Sequence record: DRR723986_9968
Reading direction: 5' to 3' (one strand)
Length of the DNA: 20,000 nucleotides
The position numbers and the translations under genes are program-made. How positions within the stretch are numbered: position 1 is the stretch's first letter; every line of letters starts with the position of its first letter. This document shows, one piece after another, positions 1-7,100 of the stretch. The notes below the pieces were generated by a model, which made no database searches, had not been told where the DNA came from, and was given only the letters and a program-made list of their open reading frames with translations.

Positions 1-2
1 TT

Positions 3-314
3 GAATAAACTTCCTAAGAGGCATAAAACAACTGTAATACCCCCTGTAATTTTTAATGTACGTCTCATAGCACGATAGTATTTAAATGTTATTAATTGTT
101 CTGTTTCTTCTTCGATTTCACGCAGTTCATTGCGATAAAATCGGGCAATAGTATTCTTATAGAACTCAATAAAATTGGTTCCAACAGGCATTTCATTTTC
201 AATGATACAACAGACGTGATCCAAGATATTGTACTTGACGTCCTCAGTTACAATTCCTTTTTTCGCTATATCATCTAAAATAAAATCTACTTCTTCGTCA
301 GTAACTTTATGCAT
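3..314 (-). CDS. PadR-associated putative membrane protein, N-terminal part (runs off the left window edge; absent from the ORF track)
   Basis: Manual translation from ATG at 314 (ATGCATAA, 8-nt overlap with the padR stop): MHKVTDEEVDFILDDIAKKGIVTEDVKYNILDHVCCIIENEMPVGTNFIEFYKNTIARFYRNELREIEEETEQLITFKYYRAMRRTLKITGGITVVLCLLGSLF... The frame is open to the edge, with a DHxCC motif and the start of a hydrophobic helix. Confidence 0.85.
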   Translation of the reverse strand, partial: MHKVTDEEVDFILDDIAKKGIVTEDVKYNILDHVCCIIENEMPVGTNFIEFYKNTIARFYRNELREIEEETEQLITFKYYRAMRRTLKITGGITVVLCLLGSLF

Positions 315-651
315 TACTCGTTTTTGAATCTAAATCCAATAAAAAACGCATAGTGTTCATGAAATCTGATAATTCATTGACTCTTTCGTTGGCTGTGTTT
401 ATACCCTGATCAGTGAGCCGATAATACTTGCGAACGCGTTTCCCAATATATTCCTTCTCGGTAGTAACATCACCATGCTTTTCAAGCGCATGTAGAGTAG
501 GATAAAGTGCTCCCTCAGTAATTTGAATCTTATCTGAAGTCATTTCTTTTACCTTATGAGTGATTTCATACCCATACATTCTGTCATTGTCTTTTAACAG
601 GTTTAAAACGATTGTTTTTAAAGTTCCTTTTATTAGTTCTGATGAATACAT
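307..651 (-). CDS. PadR-family transcriptional regulator
   Basis: ELIKGTLKTIVLNLL, MYGYEI, EGALYPTLHALE and RVRKYYRLTDQG are PadR winged-helix signatures. Start moved from 666 to the ATG at 651 (MYSSEL), because the upstream extension overlaps the predicted promoter. Confidence 0.93.
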   Translation of the reverse strand: MYSSELIKGTLKTIVLNLLKDNDRMYGYEITHKVKEMTSDKIQITEGALYPTLHALEKHGDVTTEKEYIGKRVRKYYRLTDQGINTANERVNELSDFMNTMRFLLDLDSKTSNA

Positions 652-655
652 AATA

Positions 656-686
656 CAAATATACATTTGATTCTTATGTATTGCAA
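656..686 (-). promoter_or_regulatory. Bacteroidota housekeeping-sigma promoter for padR (-33 TTG, 20-nt spacer, -7 TATATTTG)
   Basis: The minus strand reads cTTG-caatacataagaatcaaatg-TATATTTG-tatt-ATG, matching the TTG-N19-21-TAnnTTTG consensus. Confidence 0.75.
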
Positions 687-713
687 GTTTTAATACATAA
701 TTTTCTTAGGTAT
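661..713. promoter_or_regulatory. Two palindromic operator-like sites ATACAT-N9-A(T/G)GTAT, likely PadR binding sites
   Basis: 661-681 ATACATttgattcttATGTAT and 693-713 ATACATaattttcttAGGTAT lie 32 bp apart. The first overlaps the promoter spacer and -7 element. Confidence 0.65.
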
Positions 714-761
714 TAAATCGAAAAGAAATTAAAACTCAGATTTTACAGGCGTTTTAGGCAT

Positions 762-794
762 AAAAAAAGAGAGGAAAAAAATCCTCTCTTTTTT
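762..794 (-). terminator. Rho-independent terminator downstream of the porP/sprF-like gene
   Basis: Inverted repeat AAAAAAGAGAGGA / TCCTCTCTTTTTT with T-tracts available on both strands, about 22 nt past the stop at 817. Confidence 0.85.
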
Positions 795-816
795 GTATAC
801 TATTCAATTTAAGTAA

Positions 817-1833
817 CTAATGAATCCTTGGTGCACCCAATTTCGATTCGAGTTGAGGCACAAACTTCAAGAAACATTCGACCGCACCAACGCCTTTTGT
901 TGCTGCTGAAAGCCCAGATAAATTCATGTCATAAGACACACCGGCTGATAAAGAACCTGCTTTATAAATAAGGTTTGCAATTATCGCGTCATTAGATCTG
1001 TAATAGACTCCTAAAGACAAGGCCATGCCATCAAAATATCCTGTATGTTGAGAAACAGGTTTTAATTCAAATTCGAAATTATTTCCAAAAGTAAACTCGA
1101 GATTTGGACCTTGTTTCATAGCGAATATTGCTGGATGATAAGACACTTTACTTTCGCCTTGCCAAATATTAAATTGACTATAGAGTGTAAAGTTTCTGTA
1201 GAGTTTCTCCGAGATTTGATAGAAACTTACTTTTTGTCCTGTTAAATGGAATCCGCTAAGTCCAACTTGATACGTGAAGTTTTCGTTCACGCTTGAATTG
1301 TAAAAAACCCCTGCAGAAAAATCAAATTTAGACAGGTTGAAATCACTTAAATTTTCTCCATTTGAAATGGTTTGGTCAAATCCACCACCGTTCCATTGAC
1401 TATCAAAATAAAGTTCATTTTCTTTTAAACTTTGCATGTACATCCCTGGTTGCAACCCAACAGCCAAATAAGACTTCGGTCCCACTTTTATTGAATAATT
1501 CAAAGGGATTGAGATTACGTTGAGGCTATATCTAGCATCTCCAGAAACATCATTGACAAAGTTAATTCCTGCGCCTATAAACCCATTTGATAAAGAACCT
1601 TCAAAAAGTTTAGTGTCAAAACTTGCAGAAATACTTCTAAAAGAAGAGTTTGATAGGGTGAACCACTGTGTTCTGAAATTCGTAAAGAAGCTCATTCCAC
1701 CTGGGTTGTGACCTGCAGCACCCGGGTTCAATTGAACCGGATTTTCAAAGAACATAGAGTAATGTTTATCTTGCTGTGCTAAAGAACCAAATGTTAAGCC
1801 TAAAAGCACTGTTATTGTTGCTAATTTTTTCAT
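817..1833 (-). CDS. PorP/SprF family type IX secretion system outer-membrane protein
   Basis: Signal peptide, then QQDKHYSMFFENPVQLNPGAAG, FRTQW, GxGINFVND and GVSYDMNLSGL motifs, with a beta-barrel-like pattern. It starts 6 nt downstream of a T9SS type-B CTD gene, the canonical arrangement. Confidence 0.92.
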   Translation of the reverse strand: MKKLATITVLLGLTFGSLAQQDKHYSMFFENPVQLNPGAAGHNPGGMSFFTNFRTQWFTLSNSSFRSISASFDTKLFEGSLSNGFIGAGINFVNDVSGDARYSLNVISIPLNYSIKVGPKSYLAVGLQPGMYMQSLKENELYFDSQWNGGGFDQTISNGENLSDFNLSKFDFSAGVFYNSSVNENFTYQVGLSGFHLTGQKVSFYQISEKLYRNFTLYSQFNIWQGESKVSYHPAIFAMKQGPNLEFTFGNNFEFELKPVSQHTGYFDGMALSLGVYYRSNDAIIANLIYKAGSLSAGVSYDMNLSGLSAATKGVGAVECFLKFVPQLESKLGAPRIH

Positions 1834-1839
1834 GTTGCT

Positions 1840-4800
1840 TTATTTGATTAGTGTTACATTACCTTTTTTCAAATTAGTACTTCCATCAATTAATGTGTAC
1901 TCTAAATACCAGGCAAAAACTCCAGGATTCTCAGGTTTTCCTTTAAATGTCCCGTCCCATCCAACGTCTTGACTATCGGACTTAAAGACCTGTTGGCCAT
2001 ATCTGTTATGGATGACAAAATTCATGGCAACAATACCTTCTCCTTTAACTAAAAGGATGTCATTTTTTCCATCCGAATTTGGTGAGAAACCATTAGGTAC
2101 ATCAACAATGTCTTCAAACAATACGAAAACCATCATTGTATCTCTTGCAAGGCATCCTTCAGGTGTAAGGTATTCAACTATATATTCTGTATCTACCAAA
2201 GGAGATGTGTAATTACTTTGACAGGTTGGGCAATCTAAATCACCACCGTCCCAACTGTAATCACCTCCAACTGGAGTTCCGTTAGCTGAAACAAATGCGT
2301 CTGTATTCATATTGATAGTAGTATCTGGAAAAGCAACTAAAGTTGGTTGAACCACAATTGTAACATTAGCAGTTGCTGTAGTACTTCCATTAGCATTGGT
2401 TGCGGTCAGTGTAATTGTGAACACACCTACTGTATCAGGACAAATTGAAGGATGTTGCAGAATAGAAGTGTCTGGATCAGCAGCTCCACCAAAATCCCAG
2501 AACCAAGATGTAGGACTAAAACTAGAAGTGTCAGTAAATTGAATGCATTCTCCAAAACAAATAAGGGTATCTGAGATTGTGAAACCTGCAGCTGGTGGCG
2601 CACATGAATTTACGGTCACGACAACATTAGCCGTTGATGATCCACATGAATTGGTCACGGTGTAGGTATAGGTTCCTGCCGGATCTGATGCCGGGTCAAA
2701 ATTACCTGTTCCGGATGCCATTGCTGGCGACCAAGTTCCTCCAGCGTCAGGTCCTCCGCCTAAACTTGCGAATAAATCAGTAACAGGGTCGTCATCACAA
2801 AAGGTTATAGCACCATCTGTACCAGCGTTAGGGGCCGGATTAATCGTAACAACAACATCTGCTGTTAAAGGCGCTCCACCACAAGAATTGACAGAATAAG
2901 TATAAGTACCTGCCGGATCAACTGATGGATCAAACATTCCTGAACCAGATGTTAAAGCGGGCGTCCACGTTCCACCAGCATCAGGCGTACCTCCTAAGCT
3001 TGCAAATAAATCAGCAGGCGCATCTGATGGACAGAATGCTATTGCTCCATTTGTTCCGGGACTTGGATTAGAATTTATTGTGACAACGACATCTGCCGTT
3101 GCATTACCACATCCATTTGTAACTGTGTAAGTATAAGTACCTGCGGGGTCTACTGAAGGGTCAAAAACTCCTGTTCCAGAAGCTAAGGCAGGTGCCCATG
3201 TTCCACCGGCATCTGGTGTTCCACCTAAACTTGCAAACAAGTCAGCTGCTGCATCTGTCGGACAGAATGAGGTAGCGCCGTTTGTTCCAGCGTCCGGAGA
3301 AGGATTTAATGTAACCACAACATCAGCCGTAAGCGAACCACAACCGTTGGTCACAGTATAAGAATAAGTTCCTCCAGCATCAACTGCAGGGTCAAAAACT
3401 CCTGTGCCTGAGGCTAAAGCTGGTGCCCATGTTCCACCCACATCCGGAGTACCCCCTAAACTTGCGAAAAGATCAGCTGCGGGATCAGAAGAACAAAAAG
3501 AAACTGCTCCATTTGTTCCGGCATCTGGTGCAGGGTTAATTGTAACAACAACATCAGCCATGGCATTACCACATCCATTAGTTACTGTGTAAGTATAAGT
3601 TCCTGCAGCATCTACAGCTGGATCAAAAACACCTGTTCCTGAAGACAAGGCCGGAGACCATGTTCCACCAGCATCTGGAGTTCCTCCTAGGCTAGCGAAT
3701 AAATCTGCTGCAGGATCTGTATTACAAAAAGCAATTGCACCGTTTGTTCCGGCGTCTGGTGCCGGGTTCATAGTTACAACGACATCCGCTGTTGCAACAC
3801 CACAAGAAGCGGTGACTGTATACGTATATGTACCTCCAGCGTCAACAGCTGGATCGAATACTCCGGTTCCAGACGCCAAAGCAGGTGACCAGGTACCCCC
3901 TGCATCAGGTGTACCACCTAAACTAGCGAATAAATCTGCTGTTGGATCTGTTGGACAGAAGGCTATTGCCCCATTCGTACCTGCGTCAGGTGCATTAACC
4001 ACTGTAACCACTACATCCGCAGTCAAAGTTCCACAAACATTTGTAACACTGTAAGTATAAGTTCCGGCGGCATCAACGGCTGGATCGAAAACACCAGTTC
4101 CTGAAGCCATTGCAGGAGTCCAATTACCACCAGCGTCAGGGGTACCTCCTAATTCATTAAATAAATCTGTTGCTGGATCTGTTACACATATACTAAGTGC
4201 ACCATTCGTTCCAGGATCTGGATTTACATTCATTGTCACAACAACATCTGCCGTTGCATTTCCACAACCGTTTGTAACTGTATATGTATAAGTTCCACCG
4301 GCATCTGTAGCAGGGTCAAACACCCCGGTTCCGGAAGTTAAAGCTGGGGTCCATGTTCCACCTGCATCTGGTGTTCCTCCTAAACTGCCAAATAAGTCTG
4401 TTGCCGGATCAGATGGACAAAAAGCTATCGCTCCATTTGTTCCTGCATCAGGAGATGGATTGAATGAAACTGTTACAGTAGCTGAGGCATTTGCACAAGG
4501 CGCGGCACCATTGACGGTATAGGTATAAACTCCTGCATTCATAGTAGCTGGGTTAAAATTACCAGCTGAACCTCCTGTTAAGGCTGAAGGACCAGCCCAA
4601 GTTCCTGTTGCATCTGGAGTACCCCCTAAAACGGCAAGTAAACTTGCTGTTGGATCAGTGGTACAATAGGATACTGTAGCATTGGTTCCTGCATCTGGTG
4701 CAGGAGTCACATTAATTGTAATTGAATTGGTTGCCGTAACACCGCAGGCATCTGTTATGGTGTTAGTATAAGTAGTGGTAGTTGTGGGACTCACTGAAAC

Positions 4801-6345
4801 TGGATTTCCAACTCCCGCACCGTTATCCCAAGAAAAAACGTAAGGTGGAACACCAAAAGTTGCAGTTGCAGTCAAGTTTGTAGAGGAACCTTCACAAATC
4901 GTATTTCCTGAAGAGGAAGTCGGAGGAGTCGGTTCATCCACTGTTTCTCCTGTTATTGTCATGGTCCAATCAGCTGCTGCAGTGATAAAAGTTGGATCAC
5001 AGTTTAACGCGTTAAATGCACCCCAAGCGTCAAAAAACTCCATTTGGAAATTCATGTTATAGGGTGCACAGGCCGGAGCAGGAACACATGGCGCAAAATC
5101 TGCCATTATCGAAATATTTGTTCCCGCGCAAGTACCTCCATTTATATTGTCATTACAAAACCAGAAGAATCCAACACCCGCAGGACTTACACAACCCGCA
5201 TAATTAAATCTACAAGCACCTTCAGACATAGTAGCACCGTTTTGGGCTAAATACGTAAATGTCCAATCAATATCGGTTATTTGACAATTTGCTGGGGTTG
5301 GAACGGCTAAATTATAGAGACAGCCTGTTGTAAAAGCCCCATTATTTCCAAAATCTCCTGCGCCAATAATCGATCCTTGAGGCAATGTTCCAGCCGAAGT
5401 AACTGTAGGATCAATAATTATTGGATACGATAAGTTATCAAATTCAGAAGTTGACCATTTGTAATATACATTTCCGTTATCTGCAGAATAATGCCCTTGT
5501 ACAAACTGTCTCTTTTCGTTTTGACCAAAAATTTTAATGTCTCCTATTTGATAGGCTAATTGATTGTTTTGATAAAAATCTTGAGTTGAAAAATCAGTCT
5601 GAGATTTATCCAACTGTCCATAATTGGTTGAGTTTGGAGTTTCTTTAATTTGAAAATCTCCAATATCCGATAAAACCACAAAATTTGATTTGATTTTATC
5701 TCTAAAAATCTGAATCTCTAGATTCACATTAGGGAAAATGTTCGTGATTTTTACTCCGTCATCACCAGCCGTGTAATTGGACCAATTGGCTTGGACCACC
5801 TGAATCACGTTACCAGAGTTATCTAATTTTTCTAAAGCTAATCCTTCATGAAATTTTAAAGAACTGTGCTGCTCTGTTTTATTTTCGAACTCAACATAAC
5901 CCTGATTGGTATTGATAATTATTTTATAATAGTCATTAATATTACCAATTATGCCTGGTGAAATTTGTTTTAATCTTGGATTGTAGGTAATCCATTGTCC
6001 CACCGAATTCTGATAGTGCAAAGGAAAATAACCTTTTTGAGATTTAATTTCCTTTCCGTTTTTACCTGTGGTAAGAAAAGTTCGTGTATACTGTGTTCTT
6101 TTCTCAATAAGCTCAATACAATCTTCGCAGGGTGCATTGTAAGGCAAAACTCCATACTCAGGATGAGCTTGAGCGGAAGAAAAGGTTGCTAACTCGACTT
6201 TATCAGCTTGTAAATCAGTTGAAAAGGTCGAATAATTTAATTTACCCGATTGCATCCCTGAAGGAGCTTGTTGGGCTAAAATATTTAATTGAGGTGCACT
6301 CAAAAGCACCGCCAATACTACGATTCGAATTTTGGAGTAGTTCAT
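1840..6345 (-). CDS. Large T9SS type-B cargo (gliding motility-associated C-terminal domain) surface protein with nine tandem Ig-like repeats and a PKD domain
   Basis: N-terminal signal peptide. C-terminal VPNGFSPNSDGKND...IHNRYGQQVF...GWDGTFKG...KKGNVTLIK is a type-B CTD (CHU_C/TIGR04131-like). PKD motif IQFTDTS...SWFWDFG. Internal Thr/Gly/Asp-rich repeats. Confidence 0.93.
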   Translation of the reverse strand: MNYSKIRIVVLAVLLSAPQLNILAQQAPSGMQSGKLNYSTFSTDLQADKVELATFSSAQAHPEYGVLPYNAPCEDCIELIEKRTQYTRTFLTTGKNGKEIKSQKGYFPLHYQNSVGQWITYNPRLKQISPGIIGNINDYYKIIINTNQGYVEFENKTEQHSSLKFHEGLALEKLDNSGNVIQVVQANWSNYTAGDDGVKITNIFPNVNLEIQIFRDKIKSNFVVLSDIGDFQIKETPNSTNYGQLDKSQTDFSTQDFYQNNQLAYQIGDIKIFGQNEKRQFVQGHYSADNGNVYYKWSTSEFDNLSYPIIIDPTVTSAGTLPQGSIIGAGDFGNNGAFTTGCLYNLAVPTPANCQITDIDWTFTYLAQNGATMSEGACRFNYAGCVSPAGVGFFWFCNDNINGGTCAGTNISIMADFAPCVPAPACAPYNMNFQMEFFDAWGAFNALNCDPTFITAAADWTMTITGETVDEPTPPTSSSGNTICEGSSTNLTATATFGVPPYVFSWDNGAGVGNPVSVSPTTTTTYTNTITDACGVTATNSITINVTPAPDAGTNATVSYCTTDPTASLLAVLGGTPDATGTWAGPSALTGGSAGNFNPATMNAGVYTYTVNGAAPCANASATVTVSFNPSPDAGTNGAIAFCPSDPATDLFGSLGGTPDAGGTWTPALTSGTGVFDPATDAGGTYTYTVTNGCGNATADVVVTMNVNPDPGTNGALSICVTDPATDLFNELGGTPDAGGNWTPAMASGTGVFDPAVDAAGTYTYSVTNVCGTLTADVVVTVVNAPDAGTNGAIAFCPTDPTADLFASLGGTPDAGGTWSPALASGTGVFDPAVDAGGTYTYTVTASCGVATADVVVTMNPAPDAGTNGAIAFCNTDPAADLFASLGGTPDAGGTWSPALSSGTGVFDPAVDAAGTYTYTVTNGCGNAMADVVVTINPAPDAGTNGAVSFCSSDPAADLFASLGGTPDVGGTWAPALASGTGVFDPAVDAGGTYSYTVTNGCGSLTADVVVTLNPSPDAGTNGATSFCPTDAAADLFASLGGTPDAGGTWAPALASGTGVFDPSVDPAGTYTYTVTNGCGNATADVVVTINSNPSPGTNGAIAFCPSDAPADLFASLGGTPDAGGTWTPALTSGSGMFDPSVDPAGTYTYSVNSCGGAPLTADVVVTINPAPNAGTDGAITFCDDDPVTDLFASLGGGPDAGGTWSPAMASGTGNFDPASDPAGTYTYTVTNSCGSSTANVVVTVNSCAPPAAGFTISDTLICFGECIQFTDTSSFSPTSWFWDFGGAADPDTSILQHPSICPDTVGVFTITLTATNANGSTTATANVTIVVQPTLVAFPDTTINMNTDAFVSANGTPVGGDYSWDGGDLDCPTCQSNYTSPLVDTEYIVEYLTPEGCLARDTMMVFVLFEDIVDVPNGFSPNSDGKNDILLVKGEGIVAMNFVIHNRYGQQVFKSDSQDVGWDGTFKGKPENPGVFAWYLEYTLIDGSTNLKKGNVTLIK
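2600..4704 (-). repeat. Nine intragenic tandem repeats with a 231-bp (77-aa) core period
   Basis: The GTNG/GTDG anchor recurs at about 4679, 4433, 4202, 3971, 3740, 3509, 3278, 3047 and 2813 (spacings 246, six of 231, then 234). Consensus: PDAGTNGAxxFCxxDPxxDLFASLGGTPDAGGTWxPALASGTGVFDPAVDAxGTYTYTVTNxCGxATADVVVTxN. Confidence 0.95.
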
Positions 6346-6400
6346 CTTTTTTCAGTATTTGCGCAAATTAGAATACCAATAAATTGAGTAGTCTATCTAT

Positions 6401-6427
6401 TAGACGTATAATACTTAGTAAGAGTTG
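6401..6427 (-). promoter_or_regulatory. Putative ECF-sigma-type promoter (CAAC-N17-CGTCTA) upstream of the T9SS-B / porP operon
   Basis: The minus strand reads taCAAC-tcttactaagtattata-CGTCTAatag, about 55 nt upstream of the ATG. AAC at -35 and CGT at -10 are typical ECF determinants. Confidence 0.55.
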
Positions 6428-6504
6428 TATAAATGACCAGTTTAATCTTTTAGATTAGACTTTTAACTAAAAATTTAAGTGTAATAATTGAGGGTATTAT
6501 GAAA

Positions 6505-7050
6505 TTATCGGTGTTGATTAATGAATTCGGTTGGATTCAGATATCCTCTTGTATTCTTAGAATAACCGCCGCCGATTGGTAACCCAACTATTGACCTTAA
6601 TTCAAAATGCAAATGCGCATAGTACTGGCCGTGAGCGTCACCTATGGTTCCGATTTTATCTCCTTTTAATACCCATTGATTTTTTTTAACCTGCAATTCA
6701 TCACAATGCGCATATAAGGACTCTACTCTTGAAGAATCGGGTAAAAAATGGACAATGCGAATAATGTTTCCCCATCCTCCTTTAATATCTTCAGCAAAGA
6801 CAACTTTACCATTAGCTATCGAGTAGATAGGATCCCCAAGATCTGTATTCCCCCCGGTCTCAGCATTAAAATCCTCACCAAGATGATTGTTTTCACCATA
6901 GGGTTGGGCATTATAATAGCCTTCTCCATTAGGCTTTCCCACAGGAAAATCAAAAGAATCCGCTATTTTACTTGAAGGAAAAGTGTGATTGTCATTGCCT
7001 GCAAGTATAAAGCTAAACGCACATAAAACAACTAGCTTATTGAATATCAT
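6505..7050 (-). CDS. M23-family metallopeptidase (stand-alone, exported)
   Basis: Zn motifs HLGED (HxxxD) and HLH (HxH), plus SLYAH and KGDKIGTIG. Hydrophobic N-terminus. Confidence 0.92.
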   Translation of the reverse strand: MIFNKLVVLCAFSFILAGNDNHTFPSSKIADSFDFPVGKPNGEGYYNAQPYGENNHLGEDFNAETGGNTDLGDPIYSIANGKVVFAEDIKGGWGNIIRIVHFLPDSSRVESLYAHCDELQVKKNQWVLKGDKIGTIGDAHGQYYAHLHFELRSIVGLPIGGGYSKNTRGYLNPTEFINQHR

Positions 7051-7100
7051 TAATTAGATAATTCAATTCTAATTAAAAGTAACGGGGAATAAAATTTTGC

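Noticed and set aside
96..278. + strand 60-aa ORF
   Set aside because: It lies antisense to the better-supported PadR-coupled gene at 3-314.
3404..4054. Antisense ORFs 3404-3592 and 3812-4054 with repeated peptides
   Set aside because: These are mirror-frame shadows of the minus-strand repeat codons, with no independent expression signals.
2600..4704. Regular repeats as a CRISPR array or DGR template/variable repeats
   Set aside because: The period is 231 bp and in frame, with variation at synonymous sites rather than unique spacers or adenine-specific changes. There is no cas or reverse transcriptase gene in the window.
1840..6345. Polymorphic toxin / immunity pair suggested by the WapA-like N-terminus
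   Set aside because: There are no YD/Rhs repeats or toxin tip, the C-terminus is a T9SS-B CTD, and the downstream gene is PorP/SprF rather than an immunity gene.
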